DNA from: Thermodesulfobacteriota bacterium
Lineage (GTDB): Bacteria > Desulfobacterota > Syntrophia > Syntrophales > JADFWA01
Direction: 5' to 3'
NCBI GenBank assembly: GCA_034658835.1
Contig: JAYEGA010000073.1
Span: 1 to 40,268 of the forward strand
DNA: 40,268 nucleotides
Made by a program: the position numbers and the translations under genes. This document shows positions 11,533 through 20,890 of the stretch, one piece after another. Positions within the stretch are counted from its first letter, which is position 1. Each line of letters starts with the position of its first letter. The notes under the pieces were generated by a model that was given only the letters and a program-made list of their open reading frames with translations, was not told the origin of the DNA and did no database searches.

Positions 11533-11718
11533 ATGCCAAATCCAGTCAAAAGACATTCAAAAACAAGGAGAAACAAGAGAAGATCTCATGATTTTCTCAC
11601 ACAACCAACAACTTCTCTATGTCCCCAGTGCAGTGAGCCGAAGTTGCCACATCATGCATGTCCTCACTGCGGGACGTATAAGGGTCGGGAAGTTATCCCT
11701 ATCGAAAAGATTTCTTGA
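11533..11718 (+). CDS. rpmF: 50S ribosomal protein L32
   Basis: 61 aa. MPNPVKRHSKTRRNKRRSH with CPQC..CPHCG zinc-ribbon cysteines. Confidence 0.96.
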   Translation: MPNPVKRHSKTRRNKRRSHDFLTQPTTSLCPQCSEPKLPHHACPHCGTYKGREVIPIEKIS

Positions 11719-11747
11719 GAGACATTAGCAGAACTTGAGAGGAAATC

Positions 11748-12692
11748 ATGCATAAAGTAGGTCTTGTCTTCTCCGGACAGGGTGCACAATATGTCGGTAT
11801 GGGTCGCGATTTACACAAGCATTTTCAGACAGTAAAGGATGTTTTTGCCGAAGCCCGGGAAGTCCTCGGCTTTGATATTGCCTCACTCTGTTTTGATGGT
11901 CCACAGGAAGACCTCGATCTGACGGTAAATACTCAAACCACTATTTTAACTGTAGATATTGCAGCATATAAAGTATTTGAAGAAGAGGTTGGAGTTAGGC
12001 CTGTAGCGATGGCCGGACTTAGTCTCGGGGAGTATAGTGCCCTGTATGCTGCAGAAGCTGTTGATCTTGCTGATGTCCTGGCGCTTGTATATGCGAGGGG
12101 ACAATGTCATAAGGAGGCAATATCGACAGGTGCTGGTTGCATGGCCGCGATTATCGGTCTGAGTAAAGGACAGGTGGAAAAGATATGCCATGATATCAGT
12201 CAGAATAATTGTGTGGTTTCTGCGGCGATTTTTAATACTCCGGAGCAGATTGTAATCTCCGGCTACTCGACTGCCGTTGAAGAAGCGATGACAAGGGCAA
12301 AGGAGGAGGGAGCAAGGGGAGTGACTAAACTTTCCGTTAGCGTTCCCTGTCATTGCAGTTTGTTGGATAAAGCAGCTGATATGTTTGAAGCAAACCTGGA
12401 CCAGGTCGAATTGAAAGATTGTGAAATTCCCGTTATTCCTAACTCCAATCCTGAATTATTCCATTCAAAGGATAATACCAAAGAGCTTTTGGTAAAACAG
12501 ATCAATTCTCCTGTCAGATGGCAGGAGACGATAGAGAAAATGGCAAAGATGGGGATTGACACCATCGTTGAAATAGGTCCAAAGCGAATACTCTCCGGCC
12601 TTGTAAGAAGAATAGATAATAATATACAGGTGTTGAATGTTGAAGATACCAGTTCTCTTGGAAAAACCATGGAATTTTTTAACGGGCGATAG
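11748..12692 (+). CDS. fabD: malonyl CoA-ACP transacylase
   Basis: 314 aa. Has FSGQGAQYVGMG and the active-site motif GLSLGEYSAL. Confidence 0.95.
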   Translation: MHKVGLVFSGQGAQYVGMGRDLHKHFQTVKDVFAEAREVLGFDIASLCFDGPQEDLDLTVNTQTTILTVDIAAYKVFEEEVGVRPVAMAGLSLGEYSALYAAEAVDLADVLALVYARGQCHKEAISTGAGCMAAIIGLSKGQVEKICHDISQNNCVVSAAIFNTPEQIVISGYSTAVEEAMTRAKEEGARGVTKLSVSVPCHCSLLDKAADMFEANLDQVELKDCEIPVIPNSNPELFHSKDNTKELLVKQINSPVRWQETIEKMAKMGIDTIVEIGPKRILSGLVRRIDNNIQVLNVEDTSSLGKTMEFFNGR

Positions 12693-12699
12693 GTCTTAA

Positions 12700-13443
12700 A
12701 TGAAACTCGAGGATAAGATAGCGCTGGTAACCGGGGGATCGAGGGGGATTGGTCGGGCAATATCAATAAAACTGGCAGAGAGTGGCGCTTACGTCTATAT
12801 TAACTATGTCCGGAATGAGGAAGCCGCAACTGAGACGCTCCGGATCATCAGAAATGTAGGCGGAGATGGTGAGTTGTCCTGTTTCGATGTTTCGGATTTT
12901 AAAGCAACTCAGGAAACTATAAGTGATATTGTGAAGAAAAAGAGGGGGGTTGATATCCTCGTAAACAATGCGGCAGTCTCTACTGAGGGTTTGCTTGTAC
13001 GTGTGAAAAAAAAAGATTGGAATAATGTAATAGATATTAATCTTACCGGGACTTTCAACTGCTGCCAGGCTGTTATAAGGTATATGATGAAACAAAGGTG
13101 GGGGCGTATTGTGAATATAACCTCAGTCGTTGCTGAGACAGGAAATGCCGGGCAGGTGAATTACTCTGCTTCCAAAGCGGGAATTCTGGGATTAACAAAA
13201 TCTCTGGCCAGGGAACTTGGTTCCAGAAACATCTGTGTCAATGCCGTTGCTCCAGGATTTGTTGAGACCGACATGACTTCCACTGTTCTTGATAAGGAAA
13301 GAGAAAGAATCAGGAATCAAATACCACTGGCAAGGCTGGGCACCCCGGAAGATGTGGCCGGGATTGTCGTATTTCTGGTTTCGAAGGAAGCCGATTATAT
13401 AACGGGACAGGTTATACGTGTGAATGGTGGGCTGTATATGTGA
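12700..13443 (+). CDS. fabG: 3-oxoacyl-ACP reductase
   Basis: 247 aa. Has TGGSRGIGRAI, NYSASKAG and the tail GQVIRVNGGLYM. Confidence 0.95.
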   Translation: MKLEDKIALVTGGSRGIGRAISIKLAESGAYVYINYVRNEEAATETLRIIRNVGGDGELSCFDVSDFKATQETISDIVKKKRGVDILVNNAAVSTEGLLVRVKKKDWNNVIDINLTGTFNCCQAVIRYMMKQRWGRIVNITSVVAETGNAGQVNYSASKAGILGLTKSLARELGSRNICVNAVAPGFVETDMTSTVLDKERERIRNQIPLARLGTPEDVAGIVVFLVSKEADYITGQVIRVNGGLYM

Positions 13444-13500
13444 GGTTAAAGATTAAAGGTGGGGGTGAAGACCCTTCAGAAGAAAACAGGGGGAAACCGA

Positions 13501-13740
13501 ATGGCGATTGCGGAGAAAATAATAGATATTATTGTAGAACAGATGGATGTTAGCAGAGAAGAATGTGTTCCCGAGGCATCCTTTATAGAGGATCTTGGGG
13601 CCGATTCCCTTGACCTTGTTGAATTGATTATGGAAATGGAAGAAAGCTTCGGTGTGGAGATTATGGATGACGAACTGGGAAAACTCCGCACAATCCAGGA
13701 TGTTATTGATTATATAAAAGAAAGAAGTTCGGACAATTGA
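13501..13740 (+). CDS. acpP: acyl carrier protein
   Basis: Contains the LGADSLDLVELIMEMEE phosphopantetheine-Ser motif. I prefer the ATG at 13501, which is preceded by AGGGGGA, over the GTG at 13459 given in the ORF track. Confidence 0.93.
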   Translation: MAIAEKIIDIIVEQMDVSREECVPEASFIEDLGADSLDLVELIMEMEESFGVEIMDDELGKLRTIQDVIDYIKERSSDN

Positions 13741-13821
13741 GAACCATGGCAATAATAAAAAGGTTATGACTTGCCCTGATGCAATAACAAACGGTTTTCA
13801 AAACAAAACAGGAGACGTTCT

Positions 13822-15063
13822 TTGAAAAAAAGAGTTGTCATAACAGGCCTCGGTACTGTTAATCCTCTCGGTAACTGTGTTGAGGATACATGGAAGGAGG
13901 TCTGTGCCGGAAGATCAGGAATCGGGGAGATCACGAAATTTGATACCACAGGATTTCAGACAAAGATTGCCGGAGAATTAAAGGATTTTGATCCCTTAAA
14001 CTTCGTGAACAGAAAAGAGATTCGCAGACTTGATGATTTTATCATCTATTCCATGGCATCTGCTCAGATGGCGATAGAGGATTCGGGGTTGACCATAAAT
14101 GATGGAAATGCTGAGAGGGTTGGGGTAATATTGGGTTCAGCCATAGGCGGACTTGCTACCATTGAGAAGGAAAAAGAGAATGTTCTTAATCACGGCCCTA
14201 AAAAAATATCTCCCTTTGCAGTCCCGGCTGTTCTTGCGAATCTCGCCCCCGGCCATGTATCTATAAGGTTTAGAGCTAAAGGCCCGATCAGTTGCGTGGT
14301 TACGGCATGTGCGTCAGGTACTTATGCAATAGGAGATTCTTTCAGGATTATAACCAATGGTTATGCCGATGTAATGATTGCAGGGGGATGTGAGGCGGCA
14401 ATCTGCTCCCTGACAATTGGCGGTTTTAATGCCATGAGGGCTATCTCTGTTAGAAATGATGATCCTGAGACAGCAAGCAGGCCCTTTGACAGGGATCGAG
14501 ATGGTTTTGTAATAAGCGAAGGTTGCGGTATTGTAATCCTGGAAGAATTGTCGTCTGCCATCAAAAGAGGGGCAAAGATATACGGTGAAATTGCCGGTTA
14601 TGGATTGACCAGTGATGCCTTTCATATGGCATCCCCACCGCCTGGTCACACGGGAGCCGCCAGGTGCATGCAGCTCGCTCTGGAAGATGCAGGGATGGAG
14701 CCCACCGATGTAGACTACATTAATGCGCATGGCACCTCTACACCACTCAACGACATCTACGAAACGAAAGCGATAGAAAAGGTCTTTGGTGAGCACAGCA
14801 AATCACTTGCGATAAGCTCAACGAAATCAATGACCGGTCATCTTCTTGGAGCCGCCGGTGGTCTGGAGGCTATAATCGCAGTTAAGTCAATTTGTGGTGG
14901 AATTATTCCACCAACCATCAATCTCGATAATCCTGATCCGGAATGCGATCTGGATTATGTGCCCAACAAAGCCAGAAAAAAGGACGTAGGGGTTGCTATG
15001 TCTAATACTTTCGGTTTTGGGGGAGCTAATGCGGTGGTGATATTTAAGAAATTAGAAGAATGA
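13822..15063 (+). CDS. fabF: 3-oxoacyl-ACP synthase II
   Basis: 413 aa with a TTG start. The Cys-His-His triad context is present: ACASGTYAIGD, HGTSTPLND, GHLLGAAG. Confidence 0.96.
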   Translation: MKKRVVITGLGTVNPLGNCVEDTWKEVCAGRSGIGEITKFDTTGFQTKIAGELKDFDPLNFVNRKEIRRLDDFIIYSMASAQMAIEDSGLTINDGNAERVGVILGSAIGGLATIEKEKENVLNHGPKKISPFAVPAVLANLAPGHVSIRFRAKGPISCVVTACASGTYAIGDSFRIITNGYADVMIAGGCEAAICSLTIGGFNAMRAISVRNDDPETASRPFDRDRDGFVISEGCGIVILEELSSAIKRGAKIYGEIAGYGLTSDAFHMASPPPGHTGAARCMQLALEDAGMEPTDVDYINAHGTSTPLNDIYETKAIEKVFGEHSKSLAISSTKSMTGHLLGAAGGLEAIIAVKSICGGIIPPTINLDNPDPECDLDYVPNKARKKDVGVAMSNTFGFGGANAVVIFKKLEE

Positions 15064-15186
15064 CGGCTTTGTAAAAAATCCAATTTCTGCGTTGCGCTGC
15101 ATCCTTCGTCATTGCAGCGTACTTCTATGTACGCCACATTCCTCACGATTTGCGCGCCTTGAACTTGGGTTTTTTACGAAGCCGTC
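15062..15186. repeat. 125-bp inverted-repeat-bounded intergenic element (MITE/REP-like)
   Basis: GACGGCTTTGTAAAAAA (15062-15078) is the reverse complement of TTTTTTACGAAGCCGTC (15170-15186) with one mismatch. Internal hairpins are CGCTGCA/TGCAGCG (15095-15101/15113-15119) and GCGTAC/GTACGC (15117-15122/15129-15134). The left arm starts inside the fabF stop codon. Confidence 0.6.
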
Positions 15187-15270
15187 TCTGACTTCCAAGT
15201 AACTTAAATTCGCAAATGAGTTTTAAGTTGTTAACATTTCTAATATTTGCCATAAATAACGCATTCCCCT

Positions 15271-15300
15271 CTCGTTCCCACGCTGGAGCGTGGGAACGAG
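15271..15300. repeat. perfect 13-bp stem hairpin, CTCGTTCCCACGC-TGGA-GCGTGGGAACGAG
   Basis: Read directly from the sequence. It is part of a composite repeat upstream of rpiB. Confidence 0.7.
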
Positions 15301-15337
15301 GTCCATTTGCTGAAAGCGCAAGTTACTTTCCATTATA

Positions 15338-15381
15338 ATGCCGACGTGTCGGCATAGCGGAGCTTTTTACGAGACCATCAA
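15338..15381. repeat. 8-bp palindrome ATGCCGAC-GT-GTCGGCAT followed by a TTTTTACGAG-ACC-ATCAA module
   Basis: The palindrome is at 15338-15355. The CTTTTTACGAGACCATCAA module recurs at 16081-16099 as TTTTTTACGAGTGCATCAA and at 15170-15186 as TTTTTTACGAAGCCGTC. Confidence 0.6.
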
Positions 15382-15384
15382 AGA

Positions 15385-15855
15385 ATGGAGGATGGCAATA
15401 TCTTGAAGATTATTATAGGTTCTGATCATGCAGGATTTTCCCTCAAAGAGGAAGTAAACGAATTTCTTGTTGAGGTGGATCTGGAAGTGCTTGATGTGGG
15501 TACATACAGTGATGAAGCGGTGGATTATCCGGACTTCGGTGCGAAGGTTGCTGAAAAGGTCTCTTCGGGGGAGTTTACGAATGGGATATTGGTATGCGGT
15601 TCCGGTGTCGGAATGACGATAGTGGCAAATAAGTTTCCAGATGTACGAGCAGTACTATGCCTTGATAGCGATACAGCACGCACGAGCAGGAAACATAACG
15701 ACACAAATGTCCTCGTCTTAGCCGGGAGGAGAACGGATATTGAGACAGCGAAAGTCATTATCACAACATGGCTGAAAACTGAATTTGAAGGTGAACGGCA
15801 CAGCAAGCGGCTCAACAAAATCACGGATATAGAGAAGCAATTACAGATAACGTAA
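15385..15855 (+). CDS. rpiB: ribose-5-phosphate isomerase B
   Basis: 156 aa. Has IIIGSDHAGFSLKEE and CGSGVGM. The start could instead be the TTG at 15403, downstream of the GGAGG at 15387-15391. Confidence 0.9.
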   Translation: MEDGNILKIIIGSDHAGFSLKEEVNEFLVEVDLEVLDVGTYSDEAVDYPDFGAKVAEKVSSGEFTNGILVCGSGVGMTIVANKFPDVRAVLCLDSDTARTSRKHNDTNVLVLAGRRTDIETAKVIITTWLKTEFEGERHSKRLNKITDIEKQLQIT

Positions 15856-15966
15856 GTATTGCATCTCCCCAAAGCGGAAAGTGGAGAACGTGTTCAGCGA
15901 GCAGATAACTTGAGAAAATCTGAATTATAAGATATTAATATTGATAGTCTTGTGAAAAGTCGGATT

Positions 15967-15989
15967 TCCTCTCCCCTGGCGGGAGGGGA
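15967..15989. repeat. G/C-rich hairpin TCCTCTCCC-CTGGC-GGGAGGGGA
   Basis: A 9-bp stem (one G-U pair) read directly from the sequence. It belongs to the repeat block between rpiB and glyA. Confidence 0.55.
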
Positions 15990-16047
15990 CAAAGGGAAGG
16001 GGGGGGCGTAAGTATATGAAATGGCGTCGTGTTCACCCTCACCCCAA

Positions 16048-16099
16048 CCCTCTCCCATCAAGGGAGAGGGGCGTTTTTGATTTTTTACGAGTGCATCAA
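16048..16099. repeat. perfect 9-bp hairpin CCCTCTCCC-ATCAA-GGGAGAGGG followed by the TTTTTTACGAG-TGC-ATCAA module
   Basis: The hairpin is at 16048-16070 and the module at 16081-16099. The hairpin-plus-module layout matches the element at 15271-15381. Confidence 0.6.
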
Positions 16100-16131
16100 T
16101 ATTTGGTTATAGTATTAACAATAAACTTATC

Positions 16132-17397
16132 ATGGGAGGAAATATAATCAAAATGTCTATTTTAGAGAAGACTGACCTGGAGGTTTCCAGGGCAATATTA
16201 GAGGAGACGAGACGGCAGGCAGGGAAGCTGGAGCTAATTGCGTCAGAGAACTTTGTCAGTGAGGCTGTGCTTGAGGCTCAGGGTTGCGTCATGACTAACA
16301 AATATGCGGAGGGTTACCCTGGAAAGAGATATTATGGTGGTTGCGAATTCGTCGATGTCGTAGAGGCCCTTGCGATAGAGCGGGCCAAACAACTCTTTGG
16401 CGCCGATCATGTGAATGTTCAGCCACACTCTGGAACTCAGGCAAATATGGCTGTGTATTTTTCGGTGCTTCAACCGGGAGATACCATTTTGGGAATGAAT
16501 CTGTCTCATGGTGGGCATCTCTCACATGGGAGCCCGGTTAACTTTTCCGGAAGACTTTATAATGTCGTTTCCTACGGTGTGGACAAAGAGACAGAGACCA
16601 TAGATTTCAATGAAGTAGAGGCACAGGCAAAGGAACACAGGCCAAAGATAATTGTAGTAGGGGCGAGTGCCTATCCAAGAACCTTAGAATTTGAACTCTT
16701 CAGGGAAATAGCGGACAAGGTGGGAGCAGTCATCATGGCGGATATTGCCCACATTGCCGGTCTTGTGGCAACGGGCATTCATCCTACGCCGGTTCCCATC
16801 TGCGAGTTTGTGACAACAACCACCCACAAGACACTGCGAGGTCCAAGGGGAGGGGTTGTTATGTGCAAGGAGGATTTTGCCAAAGTCATGAACAGTCGTG
16901 TATTTCCCGGAAGTCAGGGAGGTCCTCTCATGCACATCATTGCTGCTAAAGCGGTGGCATTAAAAGAAGCGCTGACTGATGAGTTCAAGGTTTATCAGGC
17001 ACAGATTGTAAAAAACGCAAAGGCCATGGCAGATGAGTTGATTTCTGAGGGATTTCGTCTCGTTTCGGGAGGAACAGATAATCATCTCTTCCTGATTGAT
17101 CTTACAGACAAAGGAATTACCGGAAAGGATGCCGATGAGGTTCTTGACAGGGCCGGCATAACGGTTAACAAAAACACCATTCCCTTTGATACGAAAGGAC
17201 CTCAGATTGCCAGTGGAATCAGAATTGGAACACCTGCTGTTACGACACGAGGAATGAAGGAAGAAGAGATGAAAATCGTAGCCCGTTTAATTTCCGACAC
17301 TCTCAAGAATATCAATGACGAGAAGCGGGTGGCGGAAGTGAGGGAAGAAGTCGGATCTCTCTGCGACAAGTTTCCTCTTTACAGTGATAGAGTTTAG
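16132..17397 (+). CDS. glyA: serine hydroxymethyltransferase
   Basis: 421 aa. Has LELIASENF and the PLP-lysine context [14 protein letters not shown]. An alternative start is the ATG at 16153 (MSILEK..). Confidence 0.97.
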   Translation: MGGNIIKMSILEKTDLEVSRAILEETRRQAGKLELIASENFVSEAVLEAQGCVMTNKYAEGYPGKRYYGGCEFVDVVEALAIERAKQLFGADHVNVQPHSGTQANMAVYFSVLQPGDTILGMNLSHGGHLSHGSPVNFSGRLYNVVSYGVDKETETIDFNEVEAQAKEHRPKIIVVGASAYPRTLEFELFREIADKVGAVIMADIAHIAGLVATGIHPTPVPICEFVTTTTHKTLRGPRGGVVMCKEDFAKVMNSRVFPGSQGGPLMHIIAAKAVALKEALTDEFKVYQAQIVKNAKAMADELISEGFRLVSGGTDNHLFLIDLTDKGITGKDADEVLDRAGITVNKNTIPFDTKGPQIASGIRIGTPAVTTRGMKEEEMKIVARLISDTLKNINDEKRVAEVREEVGSLCDKFPLYSDRV

Positions 17398-17476
17398 AGT
17401 TCAAAGTTCAAAGAAGCAGGTTGGGTTAAGGAACAAAACCCAATAAAAAATAAAGGATTGCAAGAGAATAAATTTA

Positions 17477-17962
17477 ATGAGCATAAAACCGGCAACACGA
17501 AACCCGGAACCCGGAACCGGACTTGATCGACCTGGCTGGGATGAATATTTTATGGACATAGCGGAGCTCGTGTCGAGACGTTCCACATGTTTGAGGCGCC
17601 ACGTAGGGGCTGTTTTAGTAAAAGATAAAAGAATGCTGGCTACAGGGTACAATGGCGCACCGACAGGGGTTCGCCATTGCGTGGAAACAGGTTGTTTACG
17701 GGAACAGTTGGACATCCCTTCTGGTGAACGACATGAACTTTGTCGGGGATTACATGCGGAACAGAATGCAATAATTCAAGCTGCCCTCCATGGAGTCAGC
17801 ACTAAAAACGCTATAATTTACTGCACAAATCACCCCTGTATAATATGTTCAAAGATGATAATAAATGCAGGGATAACTGGCATCGTTTACAAGGAAGGTT
17901 ACAGTGATAAGTTAGCCGAGGACATGCTGAAAGAGGCCGGCATCAAGGTATCAAAATTATGA
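17477..17962 (+). CDS. dCMP deaminase (ComEB-type cytidine/deoxycytidylate deaminase)
   Basis: 161 aa. Has the zinc motifs HAEQNAI and PCIICSKMI, and GYNGAP. The pattern is dCMP-deaminase type rather than RibD type. Confidence 0.88.
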   Translation: MSIKPATRNPEPGTGLDRPGWDEYFMDIAELVSRRSTCLRRHVGAVLVKDKRMLATGYNGAPTGVRHCVETGCLREQLDIPSGERHELCRGLHAEQNAIIQAALHGVSTKNAIIYCTNHPCIICSKMIINAGITGIVYKEGYSDKLAEDMLKEAGIKVSKL

Positions 17963-18429
17963 AGTGTCCTTTTTGCTCAAATGTGGAGAACAGGGTCATT
18001 GATTCTCGAATAAGCAAGGATGACAACGCTATCCGGAGGAGAAGGGAATGTCTTGCCTGTAGCAAACGATTTACCACTTATGAGTTTGTGGAGGAAGGCC
18101 TCCCGATGGTGGTGAAAAAAGACGGCAGGAGGGAGACTTTTGACAGAGTAAAGATACTTTCCGGGATAAAAAAGGCTTGTGAAAAACGTCCTATTAGTAT
18201 TGATGTTATTGAAAATATGGTTGAGAGAATAGAGCAGGCCTGTCAAGAGTTTCCAGCAAAAGAAATCCCTTCATCTATCATAGGAGGGAAGGTCATGGCG
18301 GAACTTCACAATCTTGATGGGGTAGCCTATGTGAGATTTGCGTCGGTGTACAGGCAGTTTCGGGATGTCAGTGAATTTCTGGATGAACTAAAAGACCTCT
18401 TGAGTGTAAAGGAAAAAGAAGATAAATAG
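17959..18429 (+). CDS. nrdR: transcriptional repressor NrdR
   Basis: 156 aa. [17 protein letters not shown] zinc ribbon plus an ATP-cone. There is a 4-nt overlap with the upstream gene. Confidence 0.95.
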   Translation: MKCPFCSNVENRVIDSRISKDDNAIRRRRECLACSKRFTTYEFVEEGLPMVVKKDGRRETFDRVKILSGIKKACEKRPISIDVIENMVERIEQACQEFPAKEIPSSIIGGKVMAELHNLDGVAYVRFASVYRQFRDVSEFLDELKDLLSVKEKEDK

Positions 18430-18439
18430 TCTGAGGAAA

Positions 18440-19072
18440 ATGTTTACCGGTATAATAGAAGAAATGGGAATTATCAAGAGGATGACCAGAAAGGGGGAAG
18501 ATGCCCTTCTGGAGATAGATACTTCCATGAACCTTGATGATGTGAAGATTGGGGACAGCATTTCAGTGAGCGGAGCGTGCCTTACGGTTACTGTCAAAAC
18601 TGACGATAGTTTTGCCGTTGATGTTTCAGCAGAAACGCTGTCAAAGACAACTCTCAGGATGTTAAAGAGGGGTGACAGGGTAAATTTGGAAAAATCCTTA
18701 AAGGTAAATGATTTTTTAGGTGGGCATATCGTTCTGGGACATGTTGACTGTGTCGGAAAAATTTGCGAAAAGGTCGTAAAATCAAACTCTGTGATATTTG
18801 GTGTTGAGATAGATTCAGCGTTTAGCAAGTATCTGGTGGAGAAAGGGTCGGTAACCGTTGATGGCATCAGCCTTACGGTAAACAGGTGTGAAAAGAACAG
18901 ATTTTATGTTAACATAGTTCCTCATACTGCCCGTGTTACGACCCTGCAATTTAAAGCGGTGGCTAATCCGGTAAATATAGAAACAGATATATTAGGAAAG
19001 TATGTAGAAAAACTACTGCACCGCGATGAAGGAATTGATATGTCGTTTTTAGCTGAACATGGATTTAAATAG
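18440..19072 (+). CDS. ribE: riboflavin synthase (alpha chain)
   Basis: 210 aa. MFTGIIEEMG N-terminus and an internally duplicated barrel (VSGACLTV / VDGISLTV). Confidence 0.94.
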   Translation: MFTGIIEEMGIIKRMTRKGEDALLEIDTSMNLDDVKIGDSISVSGACLTVTVKTDDSFAVDVSAETLSKTTLRMLKRGDRVNLEKSLKVNDFLGGHIVLGHVDCVGKICEKVVKSNSVIFGVEIDSAFSKYLVEKGSVTVDGISLTVNRCEKNRFYVNIVPHTARVTTLQFKAVANPVNIETDILGKYVEKLLHRDEGIDMSFLAEHGFK

Positions 19073-19091
19073 GAGGAGAGGAAGAAATAAG

Positions 19092-20294
19092 ATGAGTGTT
19101 AGCACAATTGAAGAAGCCATTGAAGATATTAAAAATGGTAAGATGATTATCCTTGTGGATGATGAAGATAGAGAGAATGAGGGTGATTTATGTATAGCCG
19201 CTGAGCATGTTACACCGGAAGCGATCAATTTCATGGCAAGATATGGCAGGGGACTGATATGTCTTTCACTTGATAGCGAAATTGCCGACAGGTTAAATCT
19301 TCCCTTGATGGTACGGGATAACAGTTCCCGTTTTCAGACAGCTTTTACAGTATCTATTGAAGCCAGGCATGGTGTTACTACGGGGATTTCTGCAGCTGAT
19401 AGAGCGACCACGATACTGACGGCCGTTGCTCATGATGCCAAGCCGGATGACATTGTAAGTCCAGGGCATGTATTTCCTCTCCGTGCCAGGAAAGGAGGTG
19501 TCCTGGTAAGAACCGGTCAGACAGAGGGTTCTGTTGACCTGTCAAGGCTGTCTGGGCTGAGGTCTGCTGGTGTTATCTGTGAGGTCATGAATGAAGATGG
19601 TACCATGGCGAGGATGCCGGATCTGGAAATCTTTGCGAAAAAGCATGGCTTAAAAATAGTAACTATTGCTGATCTAATCAACTTCAGGTTACAACACGAG
19701 TCCCTTGTCAGAAGAGCTGCAACTGCTATCCTTCCAACTATTTATGGAGGGGAGTTCAAGTTAATAATTTACGAAAATGATGTGGATAACATGAAGCATG
19801 TTGCTTTGATTAAGGGTGACATTGAACCGGAGGATGAGGTGCTTGTAAGGGTTCATTCGGAGTGTCTGACGGGTGATGTTTTCGGTTCAGAGAGGTGTGA
19901 CTGTGGTGACCAGCTTCATGCTGCCATGAAGATGGTGGAAGAAGAGGGCAAAGGGGTCATCGTATACATGCATCAGGAGGGGAGGGGCATCGGTCTGGTA
20001 AATAAGATAAAGGCCTATCACTTACAGGAACAGGGTAAAGATACAGTTGAGGCAAATCTCGAACTCGGATTTAAAGTAGATCTAAGGGATTACGGGATAG
20101 GTGCCCAGATACTTGTTGACCTGGGTGTAAAAAAGATGAGATTGATAACAAATAATCCCAAAAAAATTGTTGGGCTTCAGGGTTACGGTGTGACAATCAC
20201 CGAGAGAGTTCCTATAGAAATCAAACCCGGCAAGAATAACGTCCGCTATCTTAAAACGAAAAAGGAAAGAATGGGGCACCTGCTGGATATATAA
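19092..20294 (+). CDS. ribBA: bifunctional 3,4-dihydroxy-2-butanone-4-phosphate synthase / GTP cyclohydrolase II
   Basis: Has [11 protein letters not shown] (DHBP synthase half) and [16 protein letters not shown] (GCH II zinc site). I prefer the ATG at 19092, after a GGAGG-rich stretch. The track ORF starts at 19059. Confidence 0.95.
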   Translation: MSVSTIEEAIEDIKNGKMIILVDDEDRENEGDLCIAAEHVTPEAINFMARYGRGLICLSLDSEIADRLNLPLMVRDNSSRFQTAFTVSIEARHGVTTGISAADRATTILTAVAHDAKPDDIVSPGHVFPLRARKGGVLVRTGQTEGSVDLSRLSGLRSAGVICEVMNEDGTMARMPDLEIFAKKHGLKIVTIADLINFRLQHESLVRRAATAILPTIYGGEFKLIIYENDVDNMKHVALIKGDIEPEDEVLVRVHSECLTGDVFGSERCDCGDQLHAAMKMVEEEGKGVIVYMHQEGRGIGLVNKIKAYHLQEQGKDTVEANLELGFKVDLRDYGIGAQILVDLGVKKMRLITNNPKKIVGLQGYGVTITERVPIEIKPGKNNVRYLKTKKERMGHLLDI

Positions 20295-20299
20295 AAAAG

Positions 20300-20371
20300 A
20301 AGTCAGGAGACAGAATTCAGGATTCAGAAGGGAATCGGAACTTTTTATTCTGACTCCTGGTTCCTGACTTC
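20300..20371. repeat. nested/alternative inverted repeats in the ribBA-ribH spacer
   Basis: GAAGTCAGGA (20300-20309) pairs with TCCTGACTTC (20362-20371). CAGGAGACAGAAT (20305-20317) pairs with ATTCTGACTCCTG (20347-20359) with one mismatch. The two helices compete for 20305-20309. Confidence 0.5.
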
Positions 20372-20394
20372 TATCTTAATAGCGAAATGGAGAT

Positions 20395-20865
20395 ATGGTG
20401 ATGCCGAAGATTATCGAAGGAAAAATTTTAGCAAAAGGTATGAAGTTTAGCCTGGTAGCCAGCCGTTTTAATGATTTCATTTGCGAGAGGCTCATAGGTG
20501 GTGCCGTAGATGCCCTTAAAAGGGCGGGAGCAGACGAGAAAGATATACAGATTGTAAAGGTTCCCGGTGCTTTTGAGATACCGATTGCAGCCAAGAAACT
20601 TGCAAAGAGTGGTAAATTTGATGCCGTTATATGTCTTGGTGCTGTGATAAGGGGAGCTACTCCTCATTTTGAGTACATTAGTGCCGAGGTTTCAAAGGGA
20701 ATTGCCATTGCGGCAATGGAGACTGAAATTCCAATTGCTTTTGGTGTCATTACTGCGGACACGATTGAACAGGCAATAGAAAGAGCAGGTTCAAAATCGG
20801 GCAATAAGGGATGGGATGCCGCAATTTCTGCTATAGAAATGGTCGATCTTTTCAGGAAGTTATAG
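20395..20865 (+). CDS. ribH: 6,7-dimethyl-8-ribityllumazine synthase
   Basis: 156 aa. Has VPGAFEIP and ATPHFEYI. The ATG at 20401 has better spacing from the GGAGA at 20389-20393. Confidence 0.95.
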   Translation: MVMPKIIEGKILAKGMKFSLVASRFNDFICERLIGGAVDALKRAGADEKDIQIVKVPGAFEIPIAAKKLAKSGKFDAVICLGAVIRGATPHFEYISAEVSKGIAIAAMETEIPIAFGVITADTIEQAIERAGSKSGNKGWDAAISAIEMVDLFRKL

Positions 20866-20890
20866 CAGTTCACATGTATATAGGGAATTA

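Noticed and set aside
13459-13500. GTG-initiated 14-codon extension of acpP
   Set aside because: ACPs start a few residues before the first helix. The ATG at 13501 has an AGGGGGA RBS, and the extension is not ACP-like.
15062-16099. CRISPR array, suggested by several short palindromic repeats close together
   Set aside because: The repeats are different sequences, are not regularly spaced, and are not separated by unique spacers of uniform length. No cas genes are present. They behave like REP/MITE-type elements.
18430-18439. FMN riboswitch upstream of the rib genes
   Set aside because: Only 10 nt separate nrdR from ribE. The ribBA-ribH spacer is too short and lacks the conserved FMN-element architecture.
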